This document shows, one piece after another, positions 42,117 through 52,031 of a DNA stretch of 64,000 nt. Origin of the DNA: Myxococcota bacterium (GTDB taxonomy: Bacteria > Myxococcota_A > UBA9160 > UBA4427). Made by a program: the position numbers and the translations under genes. The stretch spans positions 5,571 through 69,570 of the forward strand of contig JANQSB010000068.1 of the NCBI GenBank assembly GCA_028284295.1. The letters are read 5' to 3'. The notes under the pieces were generated by a model, which saw nothing but the letters and a program-made list of their open reading frames with translations, ran no database searches and was not told where the DNA came from. Each line of letters starts with the position of its first letter. Position 1 is the stretch's first letter.

Positions 42117-43004
42117 ATGACCAATTCCGCCGGAAGGGCCGAGCTCTGGCCCGAGCCGAAGCAGGCGCGCACCCACCTGGGCACCATCGAATACCGCGAC
42201 ATCGGCCGGGGCCCGGCCATCGTCTTCCTGCATCTGGTGCTCGCCGAAGCCTCGCACTGGGACCGCATGCCGCCTCTCCTGGCCGATCGCTTCCGCTGCA
42301 TCCTCCCGACCCTGCCGATGGGGGCGCACCGACTTCCGGCCGACGCCGACGCCGATCTCTCGCCCGAGGGACTCGCTCGCGCCGTGGCCGACCTGCTCGA
42401 CCACCTCGACCTGCGCGACGTCACGCTCGTCGGCAACGACAGCGGCGGCGCGATCGCCCAGGTGGTGGCCGTCCACCACCCGGAGCGGCTCGGACGGGTG
42501 GTGCTCACCAACTGCGACATGTACGACGACTTCCCGCCGAAGATCTTCGGCTACTTCAACCTGATCCCGCACGTCCCGGGAGGCATGTCGATCCTGGGAC
42601 GGACCCTGAAGATCCGCGCGTTGTGGGGACTGCCTTTCGTGTTCGGGCTTCTCACCAACGAGATCGACGCCGTGAAGATCGATCGCTGGGCCGACGCCCT
42701 GCTCGCGGACGAACGCGTGCGCAGGGACGTGCGCCAGGTGATGCTGGGCTTCGGTCCGCAGGTCACCAACGCTGCGGCCGCCGCGCTCCGCTCCACGAAG
42801 CTCCCCTTCCTGGTGGCCTGGGGGGCCGACGACCGGGCCTTCAAGCCCGCGCTGGCCGAGCGCTTCTGCCGCGAGATCCCGACCGCCGAGCTGGTCATGA
42901 TCGAGGACTGCAAGACGCTCGTGTGCTGGGACCAGCCCGAGCGGCTCGCCGAGCTGATCACGGACTTCGTCGCAGAGACCGGCAGCGCCGCCGAGCCGGG
43001 CTAG
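42117..43004 (+). CDS. Alpha/beta-hydrolase with Asp-type nucleophile elbow (haloalkane dehalogenase / epoxide hydrolase-like)
   Basis: 295 aa. PAIVFLH, then LVGNDSGGAIA (Sm-x-Asp-x-Sm-Sm). Confidence 0.8.
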   Translation: MTNSAGRAELWPEPKQARTHLGTIEYRDIGRGPAIVFLHLVLAEASHWDRMPPLLADRFRCILPTLPMGAHRLPADADADLSPEGLARAVADLLDHLDLRDVTLVGNDSGGAIAQVVAVHHPERLGRVVLTNCDMYDDFPPKIFGYFNLIPHVPGGMSILGRTLKIRALWGLPFVFGLLTNEIDAVKIDRWADALLADERVRRDVRQVMLGFGPQVTNAAAAALRSTKLPFLVAWGADDRAFKPALAERFCREIPTAELVMIEDCKTLVCWDQPERLAELITDFVAETGSAAEPG

Positions 43005-43044
43005 CGGGGACGCGGGTCCACGGGACGGAGCGGTCCGACCGGGT

Positions 43045-43848
43045 TCAGGCCACGTCGCGGCGCGTCAGCGGCTCGAGCTCCGGCCACAGCTCCTTCCCCT
43101 TGCTCCGCATCATCTCGATCGCGGCAGGGGCCGCCCAGGCTTCGACGGCTCGGTCGTAGGCCGGGCGTGCCTTCACCCGCTCCAGCCAGCTCGCGACCGC
43201 AGGCCGGGCATCGCGCGAGAGCAGGGGGTCCATCGCCAGGTGCTCGAGCCGCAGCACGTACGGGAGAAGAGTCGCGTCGGCCAGGCCGAAGCCGTCGCCC
43301 GACAGCCATGCGGAGCTCGCGAGGGCGCTCTCCATGTCGTCGAGGATGTCGAGGAACACGCTCAGTGCCCCGGCGAACTCGGGTGCCGCGATCCCGTGCG
43401 CGAGGACGCTGCGCCGCGTGGCGCGAGCCCTCGGGTCGGGGATCGCCTCGATGTTGGCCTCCCGTACCTCCTCGGGAAGCTCGAGGAGGGCGTCGCGCGG
43501 TCCCATCGCGAAGGTCACGACGGGTGCGGCCGGGTGGAGCGATTCGTCGACGCGCTTGATCCACGAGTCGACCGCGTATCGGCCCGCCGCGTCGGCAGGG
43601 CGCAGCGGCGGGTCGGGGAAGGCGTCGTCCAGGTACTGGTTGATCAGGGTGGACTCGACGAAGACCCGCCCGTCGTGGACCAGGGTGGGGACGACGTGCC
43701 TGGGGTTGAGCTTCACGTACGCGGGGTCGTGCTGCTCTCCGGCCAGCAGGTTGACCTCGTGGGAGACGAACTCGAGGCCCTTCTCTTCGATCACGAGGCG
43801 CACCTTCTGCGAGCAGGTCGAGAAGGCGAAGTGGTAGAGCTCGAGCAT
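43045..43848 (-). CDS. Glutathione S-transferase family protein
   Basis: 267 aa. MLELYHFAFSTCSQKVRLVIEEKGLEF...VPTLVHDGRVFVESTLINQYLD (thioredoxin-like N domain). Confidence 0.85.
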   Translation of the reverse strand: MLELYHFAFSTCSQKVRLVIEEKGLEFVSHEVNLLAGEQHDPAYVKLNPRHVVPTLVHDGRVFVESTLINQYLDDAFPDPPLRPADAAGRYAVDSWIKRVDESLHPAAPVVTFAMGPRDALLELPEEVREANIEAIPDPRARATRRSVLAHGIAAPEFAGALSVFLDILDDMESALASSAWLSGDGFGLADATLLPYVLRLEHLAMDPLLSRDARPAVASWLERVKARPAYDRAVEAWAAPAAIEMMRSKGKELWPELEPLTRRDVA

Positions 43849-43912
43849 GCGTCTTCCTCCGAGGTGTCTTCTGCCAGCTCGTTCCGGCGTCTTCAGGAGA
43901 TTCGCTGGTCGA

Positions 43913-43961
43913 TTGAAAAGCGAGACGCGGCGAGGCTAGAGGCTTGAGTTTCGCTTGTCAA
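43913..43961. promoter_or_regulatory. Imperfect inverted repeat TTGAAAAGCGA ... TCGCTTGTCAA upstream of a TetR gene
   Basis: 10/11 complementary arms at 43913-43923 and 43951-43961. An inner CTTGA-N10-TCAAG dyad overlaps the right arm. Confidence 0.3.
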
Positions 43962-43996
43962 GTGAATAATGTAGTGGCATCGAGGGGGGCACGAGG

Positions 43997-44611
43997 ATGG
44001 GCGCGACCACCGAGGGGACGACGAGCCGGGCCGAGCAGCGCGAGGCGACCCGGGAGCGGATCGTCGAGGCGGCCCTGGAAGGCTTCGCGGAGAGGGGGTT
44101 CCGAGGCGCGAGCACCCGGGACATCGCGAGGCGGGCCGGCGCCAACCAGGGCCTGCTCACCTATCACTTCAAGAGCAAGGACGCGCTGTGGCGAGCGGCG
44201 GCCGACCGGATCTTCGGTCTGCTCCGGAAGAGCCTGGAGGAGCAGCTCGAAGGTCTCGAGTTCGCCGAGGTCCGGGATCGCAACCGCGAGGAGATCCGTG
44301 CCTTCGTGCGTTTCGCGGCCGAGCATCCGGAGCTCTTCCGGCTGATGGTGGACGAGGGCAAGAACTCCAGCGAGCGGATGGAGTGGCTCGTCGAGAACCA
44401 TCTGGAGCCGATCTACGAAGGCTTCTGGCAGGGTCGGGACGCCGTCCCGGACGAGTCCCTGCTGCCCCACGCCTACTACGTCCTCGCAGGAGCCGGGTCG
44501 TTGATCTTCGCGGTCGCGCCCGAGTGCCGTCGCCTGACGGGTCTCGATCCGGCCGCTCGCGAGGTCGTCGAGACCCACGCGGACTTCGTGGCAGGCCTGC
44601 TGCTGCCCTGA
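43997..44611 (+). CDS. TetR-family transcriptional regulator
   Basis: 204 aa. TRERIVEAALEGFAERGFRGASTRDIARRAGANQGLLTYHF. Confidence 0.9.
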   Translation: MGATTEGTTSRAEQREATRERIVEAALEGFAERGFRGASTRDIARRAGANQGLLTYHFKSKDALWRAAADRIFGLLRKSLEEQLEGLEFAEVRDRNREEIRAFVRFAAEHPELFRLMVDEGKNSSERMEWLVENHLEPIYEGFWQGRDAVPDESLLPHAYYVLAGAGSLIFAVAPECRRLTGLDPAAREVVETHADFVAGLLLP

Positions 44612-44650
44612 GGCCTGGCCCACCGGGTGCGGGAGCCGGGCCCAGGGAGA

Positions 44651-46153
44651 TCAGTCGTAGCGGAACTCCTCGCCTTCGAGGTCGATGGCCGGGATCTCGT
44701 CCTTCTCGCGCCAGTAGTCCTGGGTGTGCTGCCACTCGGGCTTGTCGCCCCGCTTCGGCAACAGGTGCATGCTGCGCATCAGGTAGTTGGGGTTGAAGTT
44801 GTCCGGGTCGATCCACGGCAGCAGCGGCATGTCCGCGTCCTCCGCTCGCAGGCCGACTTCGACCCGGCGATACCCGTTGGCATCCATGTGCTTCAGCAGG
44901 CGGCAGACGAAGTCGCAGAGCAGATCGACGCGCAGGGTCCAGCTGGCGCGGAAGTAGCCGAAGATCCAGAGCAGGTTCGGCAGGCCGGTGAACATCATGC
45001 CGCGGTAGGTGAGGGTCTTCGCGAAGTCGAGGGGCTTGCCGTCCACCTCGAACTGGATGTCGCCCAGCACCGACAGGTTGAAGCCCGTCGCCGTCACGAT
45101 GATGTCGGCCTCGAGCTCGTCGCGCGAGCGCAGGCGGATGCCGCGCTTCGTGAAGCAGTCGATCTCGTCGGTCACCACCGAGGCCTTGCCCGCGCTGATG
45201 CCCTGGAAGATGTCGCCACTGGGGACGAAGGCGAGGCGCTGCTGCCAGGGTCGGTAGCGGGGCGTGAAGTGCTTCTCGACGTCGTAGCCTTCCGGTAGCA
45301 GCGCCTTCACGGCGCCGACCAGCAGCTTCTTCATGTCCTCGGGCTGGTCGATGCAGGCCTGGGTGACCTTGGCCTGGTCGGACAGGATCTTGCGACGGGT
45401 GATCTCGTGGATCCAGGCTTCGTCGATCTCGAGCTCGCGGAGGGTGTCGGCCATCTCGTTCTGGTTCTCGGCCGGGAAGAAGTAGGTGGGCGAGCGCTGC
45501 AGCATGGTGACGTGCTCGGTCTCGCCCGCGATGGCGGGGATCAGGGTGGCGGCTGTCGCGCCCGAGCCGATCACGACCACGCACTTGCCCGTGTAGTCGA
45601 GGTCTTCGGGCCAGGTCTGCGGATGGACGATCTCGCCCTCGAAGTCCTCCATGCCCTCCCATTCGGGGGTGTATCCCTGGGCGTGCCGGTAGTAGCCCTG
45701 GCACATCCACAGGAACCCGGCGGTGAAGACCACGGACTCACCGGTGTCGAGGCGCGTGGCCTCGACGGTCCACCGCAGGTCGTCGTTCGACCAGCTCGCG
45801 CGCTCGATGCGATGGCCGTAGCGGATGTGCTGCCCGAGGTCGTTCTCTTCGATGACCTCGTTCATGTAGGTCAGGATCTCGCCGGCCGTGGCGATGGGCG
45901 GACCCGTCCACGGCTTGAAGCGATAGCCGAAGGTGTACAGGTCGCTGTCCGACCGGATGCCCGGGTAGCGGTGCATGTGCCAGGTGCCGCCGAAGCTCTC
46001 GTAGGCCTCCAGCACGACGAAGCTCTTGTCGGGGCACTGCTGGGTCAGGTGGTAGGCGGCGCCCACTCCGGAGATGCCGGCACCCACGACGAGGACGTCG
46101 AAGTGCTCGGTGGGAGGGCCGGCGGGATCGGGGGCAACAGCGGGCTGGGGCAC
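44651..46153 (-). CDS. Class-B flavin monooxygenase (Baeyer-Villiger / EthA-like)
   Basis: 500 aa, GTG start. [32 protein letters not shown] (BVMO fingerprint-like), [13 protein letters not shown]. Confidence 0.9.
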   Translation of the reverse strand: MPQPAVAPDPAGPPTEHFDVLVVGAGISGVGAAYHLTQQCPDKSFVVLEAYESFGGTWHMHRYPGIRSDSDLYTFGYRFKPWTGPPIATAGEILTYMNEVIEENDLGQHIRYGHRIERASWSNDDLRWTVEATRLDTGESVVFTAGFLWMCQGYYRHAQGYTPEWEGMEDFEGEIVHPQTWPEDLDYTGKCVVVIGSGATAATLIPAIAGETEHVTMLQRSPTYFFPAENQNEMADTLRELEIDEAWIHEITRRKILSDQAKVTQACIDQPEDMKKLLVGAVKALLPEGYDVEKHFTPRYRPWQQRLAFVPSGDIFQGISAGKASVVTDEIDCFTKRGIRLRSRDELEADIIVTATGFNLSVLGDIQFEVDGKPLDFAKTLTYRGMMFTGLPNLLWIFGYFRASWTLRVDLLCDFVCRLLKHMDANGYRRVEVGLRAEDADMPLLPWIDPDNFNPNYLMRSMHLLPKRGDKPEWQHTQDYWREKDEIPAIDLEGEEFRYD

Positions 46154-46168
46154 GAGAGTCTCCGTGGC

Positions 46169-46192
46169 TTCGGGTTCGGGTTCGGGTTCGGG
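46169..46192. repeat. Hexanucleotide microsatellite (TTCGGG)x4
   Basis: ttcgggttcgggttcgggttcggg read directly, 16-40 nt upstream of the monooxygenase GTG start (minus-strand sense CCCGAA x4). Confidence 0.85.
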
Positions 46193-46333
46193 TCGCGGGC
46201 GTCGCAGGAGAGGACAGCAAGGCCCATGCCGCCCGAGCCGGCTCCTGGGGCTTGGACGGCAGAGAAGGGTGGGGCGGAATGCCTCTCGGTGGGTCCACCG
46301 CGGGCGCGGCGACTCCCCGGCCGACGGGACGGA

Positions 46334-47407
46334 TCAGGCCAGGAACTCCTCGCTTCCCAGGTCGAGGGCGTGCCGGGCATGGCGTCGGGCCATGGCGGTG
46401 AACATCTCGTCGCCTCGCTCGGTCTGCTCGACCATCGGGGCGGCGATCACCGTGACCGCGAAGCCCGAGAAGACGCCCCTTCGGTAGTCGTCGAAGCAGC
46501 GGTCGGCGTCGTATCCCGTGACGCCGGACTCGACCAGCGCACGGTGGTAGTCGTTCACGAGACCCCGCTCGAGCTCGCGCCGCGTCTCCGGCAGCAGCCC
46601 GGCGCCGAGGAAGTAGGCGACGTCCGAGAGCGGGTTGCCCAGGGTCAGGCTCTGCCAGTCGACCGCCGTCGTGACCGGCGGAGTCTTCGACGCGTCGATC
46701 AAGAGGTTGTCGAGTCGGTAGTCGACGTGCACGACGCTGAACACGTCCCCGAGCGGCTCGAAGGGGGGTCCGTTGGACTCCGCGGCCCGCTCGAGGATGG
46801 CGACCTCGTCGGCCTCGAGCCGCTCACGGAATCGGTCGAGGAAGCGCGGAAGCTGGGCGCGGTAGAGGGCCCGTCCGATCTGTATCGTCAGCTCGTTCGG
46901 GACGCCCAGCCAGTCCAGCTTCGTGAGCGACGCGTCGCACCAGGTCGGACCGTGCAGTCCGACGAGCTGCAGCACGGCGGCCTGCGCCACCGGCGGCGAG
47001 CAGCCGGCGAGCTGGTCGCCCTGGGTGGCGGGGGCGAGGTCTTCGAGCAGGAGCAGGTGCTCCGGTCCGTCTCCCTCGATCTCCGCGAAGTAGCAGCGGG
47101 GCGTGCGGATCGAGAGCCTCGCCTGCAGCGTTCGGTAGAACGAGACCTCCTTCAGGTAGTTGCGCAGCTGGACGCCCGTCTGTCGGCTGGTCGGGTCGTC
47201 GGAGGGGCCCTTGGCGACCAGGCTGCGCGGCGCGCCATCGGCCTCGCCCGAGAGCTCGAGCACGTAGCGGAAGCAGTTGCCGATCTGGCCGGTGCCGATC
47301 TGCGCGACCTCGAGCGAGCGCAGCTCGACGTCGGGAAAGCCCGCCTCGCGCAGGCAGCCGGCGATGAAGTCCGGGGTCAGCGCTTCGGCGCGGGGCAGCG
47401 CCGTCAT
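46334..47407 (-). CDS. APH/EcKL-like phosphotransferase family protein, 357 aa
   Basis: Tail of ORF 46334..47569, from ATG 47407 (ATGA overlap with the LLM stop). IGTGQIGNCFRY, LLLEDL, VVHVDYRLDNLLID, VDWQSL. Confidence 0.75.
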   Translation of the reverse strand: MTALPRAEALTPDFIAGCLREAGFPDVELRSLEVAQIGTGQIGNCFRYVLELSGEADGAPRSLVAKGPSDDPTSRQTGVQLRNYLKEVSFYRTLQARLSIRTPRCYFAEIEGDGPEHLLLLEDLAPATQGDQLAGCSPPVAQAAVLQLVGLHGPTWCDASLTKLDWLGVPNELTIQIGRALYRAQLPRFLDRFRERLEADEVAILERAAESNGPPFEPLGDVFSVVHVDYRLDNLLIDASKTPPVTTAVDWQSLTLGNPLSDVAYFLGAGLLPETRRELERGLVNDYHRALVESGVTGYDADRCFDDYRRGVFSGFAVTVIAAPMVEQTERGDEMFTAMARRHARHALDLGSEEFLA

Positions 47408-48489
47408 GTGCGTCGCCCGGCCGGGTTCGCGGGCAGGTCGTCGAAGCGGCTCGCGGGACGCACCTTGCGCCAGGCCGCGACCACGGGCTCGAGCTCGTCC
47501 GGGCTGGCGCCGTGCAGGATCACGCCGTCGCAGCCCAGGTCGAGCTGCTCCTGGATCCTGGCGGCGCACTGCTCGGGGCTGCCCGTGGCGGCGGCGGCGA
47601 GCCAGTCCTCGGGGATCAGCCCGGCCACGTGCTCGAGCTGCTCGGCGGTCGCGCTGGCGTCGAGCGCACCCCGGAAGCCGGCGACGAAGGAGTCCTCGCG
47701 GAAGCGACGCAGGACGTCGGGGTCCCAGCCGTTGGTCTCCACCATCAGGTCACCGTAGCCCTGCAGGTAGGTCGCCATGCGGCCCACGGTCTTCTTCAGG
47801 CGCAGCGTGGGCGGGAGGTGGTCGCCCACCGTCGCGAAGCAGGACCACACCCGGACCTCGCCCGGGTCGCGGCCCGCCTCCTCGGCGGCGCGCTTGACCG
47901 TTCGCACGCAGCGAGCGGTGGTCTCGTCCGTGAAGAAGGTGTGGAGCACCACGGCGTCGAAGGCGCGTCCGCCGAGTGTGAGTGAGTTGGGTCCGAAGGC
48001 CGTGAAGGTGAGCGGAATGGTCTCGTCGTAGTCGGGCCCCATGGTGAGGAGCGGATAGCGCCCGGCAGGCCCGTCGTGTCCGGCGACGATCTCGCCTCGC
48101 CAGATGCGGCGCATCAAGCCGACGAAGTCCTCGATCTCGGCCGTCTTGATGCGCGGGAGCCCGAAGGCGTCGAACAGGGGTGCGATGCCGCGCCCGAGCC
48201 CCAGCGAGAAGCGCCCGCCCGTCAGTCGGTGCATGGTCATCGCGAAGGCGGCCGTCACCATGGGGTGGCGCGTGTTGTGGTTGGTGGCGGCGGTGGCGAT
48301 GCCGATCTCGCTCGAGACGGCGCCGACGGCCCCGGAGAGGGTCGCCGCCTCCTTGACGTTGAAGCGTTCCGATACGAAGGCCGCTCCGATTCCGAGGGCC
48401 TCGGCCTGCTGGACCTCGGCGATCAGGTCGCGGGGGGTCCGGGGTGCACCGGCCAGGGTGTAGAAGCCGAGCTCGTTCATTCGCTCCAT
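47404..48489 (-). CDS. Luciferase-like monooxygenase (LLM; flavin/F420-dependent oxidoreductase class), 361 aa
   Basis: Tail of ORF 47404..49482, from ATG 48489 (MERMNELGFYTLAG...). GIGAAFVSERF, RFSLGLGRG. Confidence 0.85.
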   Translation of the reverse strand: MERMNELGFYTLAGAPRTPRDLIAEVQQAEALGIGAAFVSERFNVKEAATLSGAVGAVSSEIGIATAATNHNTRHPMVTAAFAMTMHRLTGGRFSLGLGRGIAPLFDAFGLPRIKTAEIEDFVGLMRRIWRGEIVAGHDGPAGRYPLLTMGPDYDETIPLTFTAFGPNSLTLGGRAFDAVVLHTFFTDETTARCVRTVKRAAEEAGRDPGEVRVWSCFATVGDHLPPTLRLKKTVGRMATYLQGYGDLMVETNGWDPDVLRRFREDSFVAGFRGALDASATAEQLEHVAGLIPEDWLAAAATGSPEQCAARIQEQLDLGCDGVILHGASPDELEPVVAAWRKVRPASRFDDLPANPAGRRT

Positions 48490-48506
48490 CGGCCTCGTCC
48501 CCGTCT

Positions 48507-49955
48507 CTAGCGAGCGATGTGGATCACCTTGCGCTGGGTGAACTCCAGCAGCCCGTCGCGGCCCAGCTCGGTGCCGATCCCCGAGCTCTTGGCACCGCCG
48601 AAGGGCACGCCGGGGTCGAGGTCCGCGTGCTTGTTGACCCACACCGTGCCCGACTCGATGCGCGCGGCCAGCTTCGTCGCGGCCTCGGGGTCCGACGACC
48701 AGACGCTGCCCCCCAGGCCGTCGCTCGAGCGGTTGATGCGGGCGAGCGCCTCTTCCGGGTCGCTGTACCGGATGACCGGCAGGAGGGGGCCGAACTGCTC
48801 CTCGTCGACGAGCCGCGAGCCCTCCGCGATGTCCCGGACGATGGTGGGCTCGATGAAGTAGCCGGGACGGTCGGGTACGCCGCCGCCGGCGATCACGCGG
48901 CCATGCTCGGCGGCGTCCGCGAGGATCGCCTTGACCTTCTCGAACTGCATCTCGTTCTGCAGCGGACCGAGCTCCACTCCCGGCTCCGTCCCGTCGCCGA
49001 ACTTCTTGCCGCGAGCGATCTCGGCGAGCTCGTCGCAGACGGCGTCGTAGATGTCGTCGTGGACGTAGAGCCGCTTCAGGGCGATGCAGATCTGGCCGTT
49101 GTTCCGGAAGGCCGCGTCGAAGAGCTTCGGCGCCACCTCCTTGGGATCGACGTCCGGCACCACCAGCCCGGCGTCGTTGCCGCCCATCTCGAGGGTGATG
49201 CGCTTCAGGGTGTCGGCCGCCGACGCCATCACCCCGGAGCCGGTGGCGGAGCTGCCCGTGAACGAGATCTTGCGCACCCCCGGGTGGGCGGTGAGCTGCG
49301 AGCCGAGGTCGTTGGCGTCGGCGATCACGTTGAGGACACCCGGCGGCAGCGCGTCCTTCAGCAGCTCGGCGAGTCGCAGGGTCGAGAGCGGCGTGGTCGG
49401 TGCGGGCTTGACGACCAGGGTGTTTCCCGTGACGAGCGCGGGTGCCAGCTTGAAGCCCAGCAGGACCAGCGGGAAGTTCCACGGGACGATCGCCGCGACG
49501 ACGCCCAGCGGCGCGCGGTGGATCTCGATGCGGCGCTCGTCGCCGTCCTCCACCACCTCGACGGGCAGGTCCATGGCGGCGAAGTAGCGCGTGAACATCG
49601 CCAGGCCGTGCGCCTCGGCGATGCCCTCGGGCAGGGGCTTGCCCTGCTCGCTCGTCAGGATCCGGCCGAGCTCCTCGGCGTTGGCGGTGATGATGTCGGC
49701 AACGGCCTCGAGGGCCTTGCGGCGCTCCGCGGTGGGAGTGGCGGCCCAGCCGGGCTGCGCCGCCTCGGCCGCCGCGACCGCTTCGTCGAGCTGCGAGGCA
49801 GAGGCCCGGGAGCAGGTCCCCGCCAGTGCTTCCGTTGCGGGGTTGATCACCTCGAGCGACTGCGCGCCGGGCACCATCTTTCCGTCGATCAAGAGCTCGT
49901 AGGCGGGCACTTCCTTCCTCCGGGATGGGACGGTCTCGTCCGTCGGGTCCTGCAC
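48507..49955 (-). CDS. NAD(P)-dependent aldehyde dehydrogenase
   Basis: 482 aa. VPWNFPL, FTGSSATG, LEMGGND, NNGQICIA (catalytic Cys), EEQFGP. Confidence 0.9.
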   Translation of the reverse strand: MQDPTDETVPSRRKEVPAYELLIDGKMVPGAQSLEVINPATEALAGTCSRASASQLDEAVAAAEAAQPGWAATPTAERRKALEAVADIITANAEELGRILTSEQGKPLPEGIAEAHGLAMFTRYFAAMDLPVEVVEDGDERRIEIHRAPLGVVAAIVPWNFPLVLLGFKLAPALVTGNTLVVKPAPTTPLSTLRLAELLKDALPPGVLNVIADANDLGSQLTAHPGVRKISFTGSSATGSGVMASAADTLKRITLEMGGNDAGLVVPDVDPKEVAPKLFDAAFRNNGQICIALKRLYVHDDIYDAVCDELAEIARGKKFGDGTEPGVELGPLQNEMQFEKVKAILADAAEHGRVIAGGGVPDRPGYFIEPTIVRDIAEGSRLVDEEQFGPLLPVIRYSDPEEALARINRSSDGLGGSVWSSDPEAATKLAARIESGTVWVNKHADLDPGVPFGGAKSSGIGTELGRDGLLEFTQRKVIHIAR

Positions 49956-50031
49956 GGTCTCGTCGTGCGGACGTTCTTCGTAGCCTACCTGGCAGCCCGT
50001 CGCCGCACTGCGGGCCCGCTGGCTCCCGCGG

Positions 50032-51930
50032 CTAGAGCCGCGGGAGGACCACGTTCCAGGCGCCGGCCCAGGCCGTCAACGCGAGCCCGCCCAGGACGAC
50101 CGACGCGAGTCCCAGTCGGGCCCGGCCGTCGAGCACGCCCCGCCGCCAGAGCCGCGCCAGGGTGACGAGCAGAGAGAAGGACAACGCGCCCAGCAGGTAG
50201 GGGAGGGTGGCCGCCACGTACAGGGTGGCGTGCCGCTCGGCGCCCAGGGTCTGCGCCAGGATCGTCGAACCCACTGCGAGGCACACCACGAAGCCCAGGC
50301 CGCTCGTGCGGATGCCGGCGGCCAGCCATCGCGCCAGTCCCCGGCCGCCGCCCTGGCGCGCCTCCTGCCACCAGCGGCGCGCGCGCCACGCGGGCCTGTG
50401 CAGGAAGGGCCACAGGAGGAGTCCGCCGATCCCGGCCGCGAGCAGCCGCTGGAACCCGATGCCGCGCCACCAGGGCTCGCGCAGGAGCACCGAGTGTCCG
50501 GAGAGGCCACGCAGGGCGGCACGGACTTCTCCTCGCTCGTCCTCCTGGAAGAGCAGCCAGTCCGGGCCGCCCACCTCGCGGAAGAGCAGCGGCTCGGTCT
50601 CGACCCAGTCCTTGTCCATCATGCGAAGGCGGGGGCCCTGGCCGTTCGTCGAGAGCGTGGCCTGCTTGGTGTTCATGAAGTCGGCCAGCGCGAACGAGCT
50701 GTGAACGCCGCTGCGGGACTCGCGATACCAGCCGACGAATCGCGGCAGGCGCTCCCCGGCGCCGTCCATGGGCGTGGGGTCGCGGGGGCGCGTCGCCGGG
50801 AAGTAGCGTTCGGTGAGCAGGCGCGTGAGCAGGAAGGGCGCCGCGCTCCGTCCGTTGACGGAAGCGAAGAAGCCCGCGCCGTGCTCCGGCAGCAGGACCA
50901 TCGAGGTCAGGTGGGTCACCATCCCCCCCGAGTGGCCGATCATGCGCACGCCGCCGATGTCGTTCTCGAAGAACTGATGGGCGAGCCCGTTGACGCGAGG
51001 ATCCAGGGTGAGCAGCCGGGTCTGCATCCTTCGGGCCGTCTCCTCCTCCAGGATCCTGGCGTCGCCCAGCCTTCCGTGCTGCAGGTGCGCGATCATGAAG
51101 CGCGCCATGTCCGTCGCGGTGGACGAGACCGAGCCCGCCGGCGCGATCGCGACGCGAATGAAGAAGTCGTCCGGGCGGGGTCCGGTGGAGGTCCGGGCCG
51201 CCAGGCCCTCGGGAAGTGGCTGTCGGGCCGAGCTGTGGTGCATGCCGAGTGGCTCGAAGACGTGCCGATCGAGGTAGGCCTCGTAGGGCTCGCCGGAAAC
51301 CTGCTCGACGACCAGCCCGGCGAGTGCGGTCGCGTGGTTGGAGTAGGCGATCAGCTCGCCGGGTGGGCGCACCCGGGCCGGCAGGTGGCCCGCCAGGACC
51401 TCCTTCAGCGGGCGATCGTCCTCCAGGGGCACGAAGAGGTCCCGGATGCTGTCCTCGAAGCCCGTCGTGTGGGTCATCACGTGGCGCAACGTGATCGGGT
51501 CCTCGAAGGTGGCGGGGATCTCGACTCCTTCGAGGTACTCGTTCAGGTCCGTGTCGAGATCGATCTTTCCCTGCTCGACGAGCTGCATCAGGGCCGTGGC
51601 CAGGAAGATCTTGGAGACCGAGCCGACGCGGAACAGGGTCCGGTCTGCCACGACCGGCGTGCGGCTCTCGGCGCGGGCGATCCCGTAGCCCTTCGCGAAC
51701 ACGATCTCGCCGTCCTTCACCACCGAGACCGTCAGGCCTGGGGCCTGGTCCGCTCGCAGCAGCGCCGGAGCGGCGCCATCGACGAAGGCGGCGACGTCGT
51801 TCCGGTCCGGGAGGCTCTGGGCCGGGGCGCTCGCGGGACCGAGACAGCAGAGGGCGACGCCGACAGCCGCCCCGAGCGCGCGGCGCGTCGAGACCCGGGC
51901 CCACCCGGCTGCAGTCGCAGCGCGACGCAT
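50032..51930 (-). CDS. Beta-lactamase-fold serine hydrolase with a C-terminal multi-TM extension, 632 aa
   Basis: Signal peptide, then FRVGSVSKIF (SxxK), YSNHA. The last ~150 aa are hydrophobic (LLLWPFLH..., GFVVCLAVGSTILA..., VLGGLALTAWAGAW). Confidence 0.85.
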   Translation of the reverse strand: MRRAATAAGWARVSTRRALGAAVGVALCCLGPASAPAQSLPDRNDVAAFVDGAAPALLRADQAPGLTVSVVKDGEIVFAKGYGIARAESRTPVVADRTLFRVGSVSKIFLATALMQLVEQGKIDLDTDLNEYLEGVEIPATFEDPITLRHVMTHTTGFEDSIRDLFVPLEDDRPLKEVLAGHLPARVRPPGELIAYSNHATALAGLVVEQVSGEPYEAYLDRHVFEPLGMHHSSARQPLPEGLAARTSTGPRPDDFFIRVAIAPAGSVSSTATDMARFMIAHLQHGRLGDARILEEETARRMQTRLLTLDPRVNGLAHQFFENDIGGVRMIGHSGGMVTHLTSMVLLPEHGAGFFASVNGRSAAPFLLTRLLTERYFPATRPRDPTPMDGAGERLPRFVGWYRESRSGVHSSFALADFMNTKQATLSTNGQGPRLRMMDKDWVETEPLLFREVGGPDWLLFQEDERGEVRAALRGLSGHSVLLREPWWRGIGFQRLLAAGIGGLLLWPFLHRPAWRARRWWQEARQGGGRGLARWLAAGIRTSGLGFVVCLAVGSTILAQTLGAERHATLYVAATLPYLLGALSFSLLVTLARLWRRGVLDGRARLGLASVVLGGLALTAWAGAWNVVLPRL

Positions 51931-52031
51931 GGCCCGATTCTATCAGAGCCCGCGGGCGAGCTCGGCCGGCATGGGAGCTATCCTGAGCTCCCCAGCAAAC
52001 GACACGCAGGCACGAGCGAAGCGGAGAAACC

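Noticed and set aside
46169-46192. Short tandem repeat as a possible CRISPR or other array
   Set aside because: The units are 6 bp with no spacers, and only four copies are present. This is a microsatellite, not a CRISPR array.
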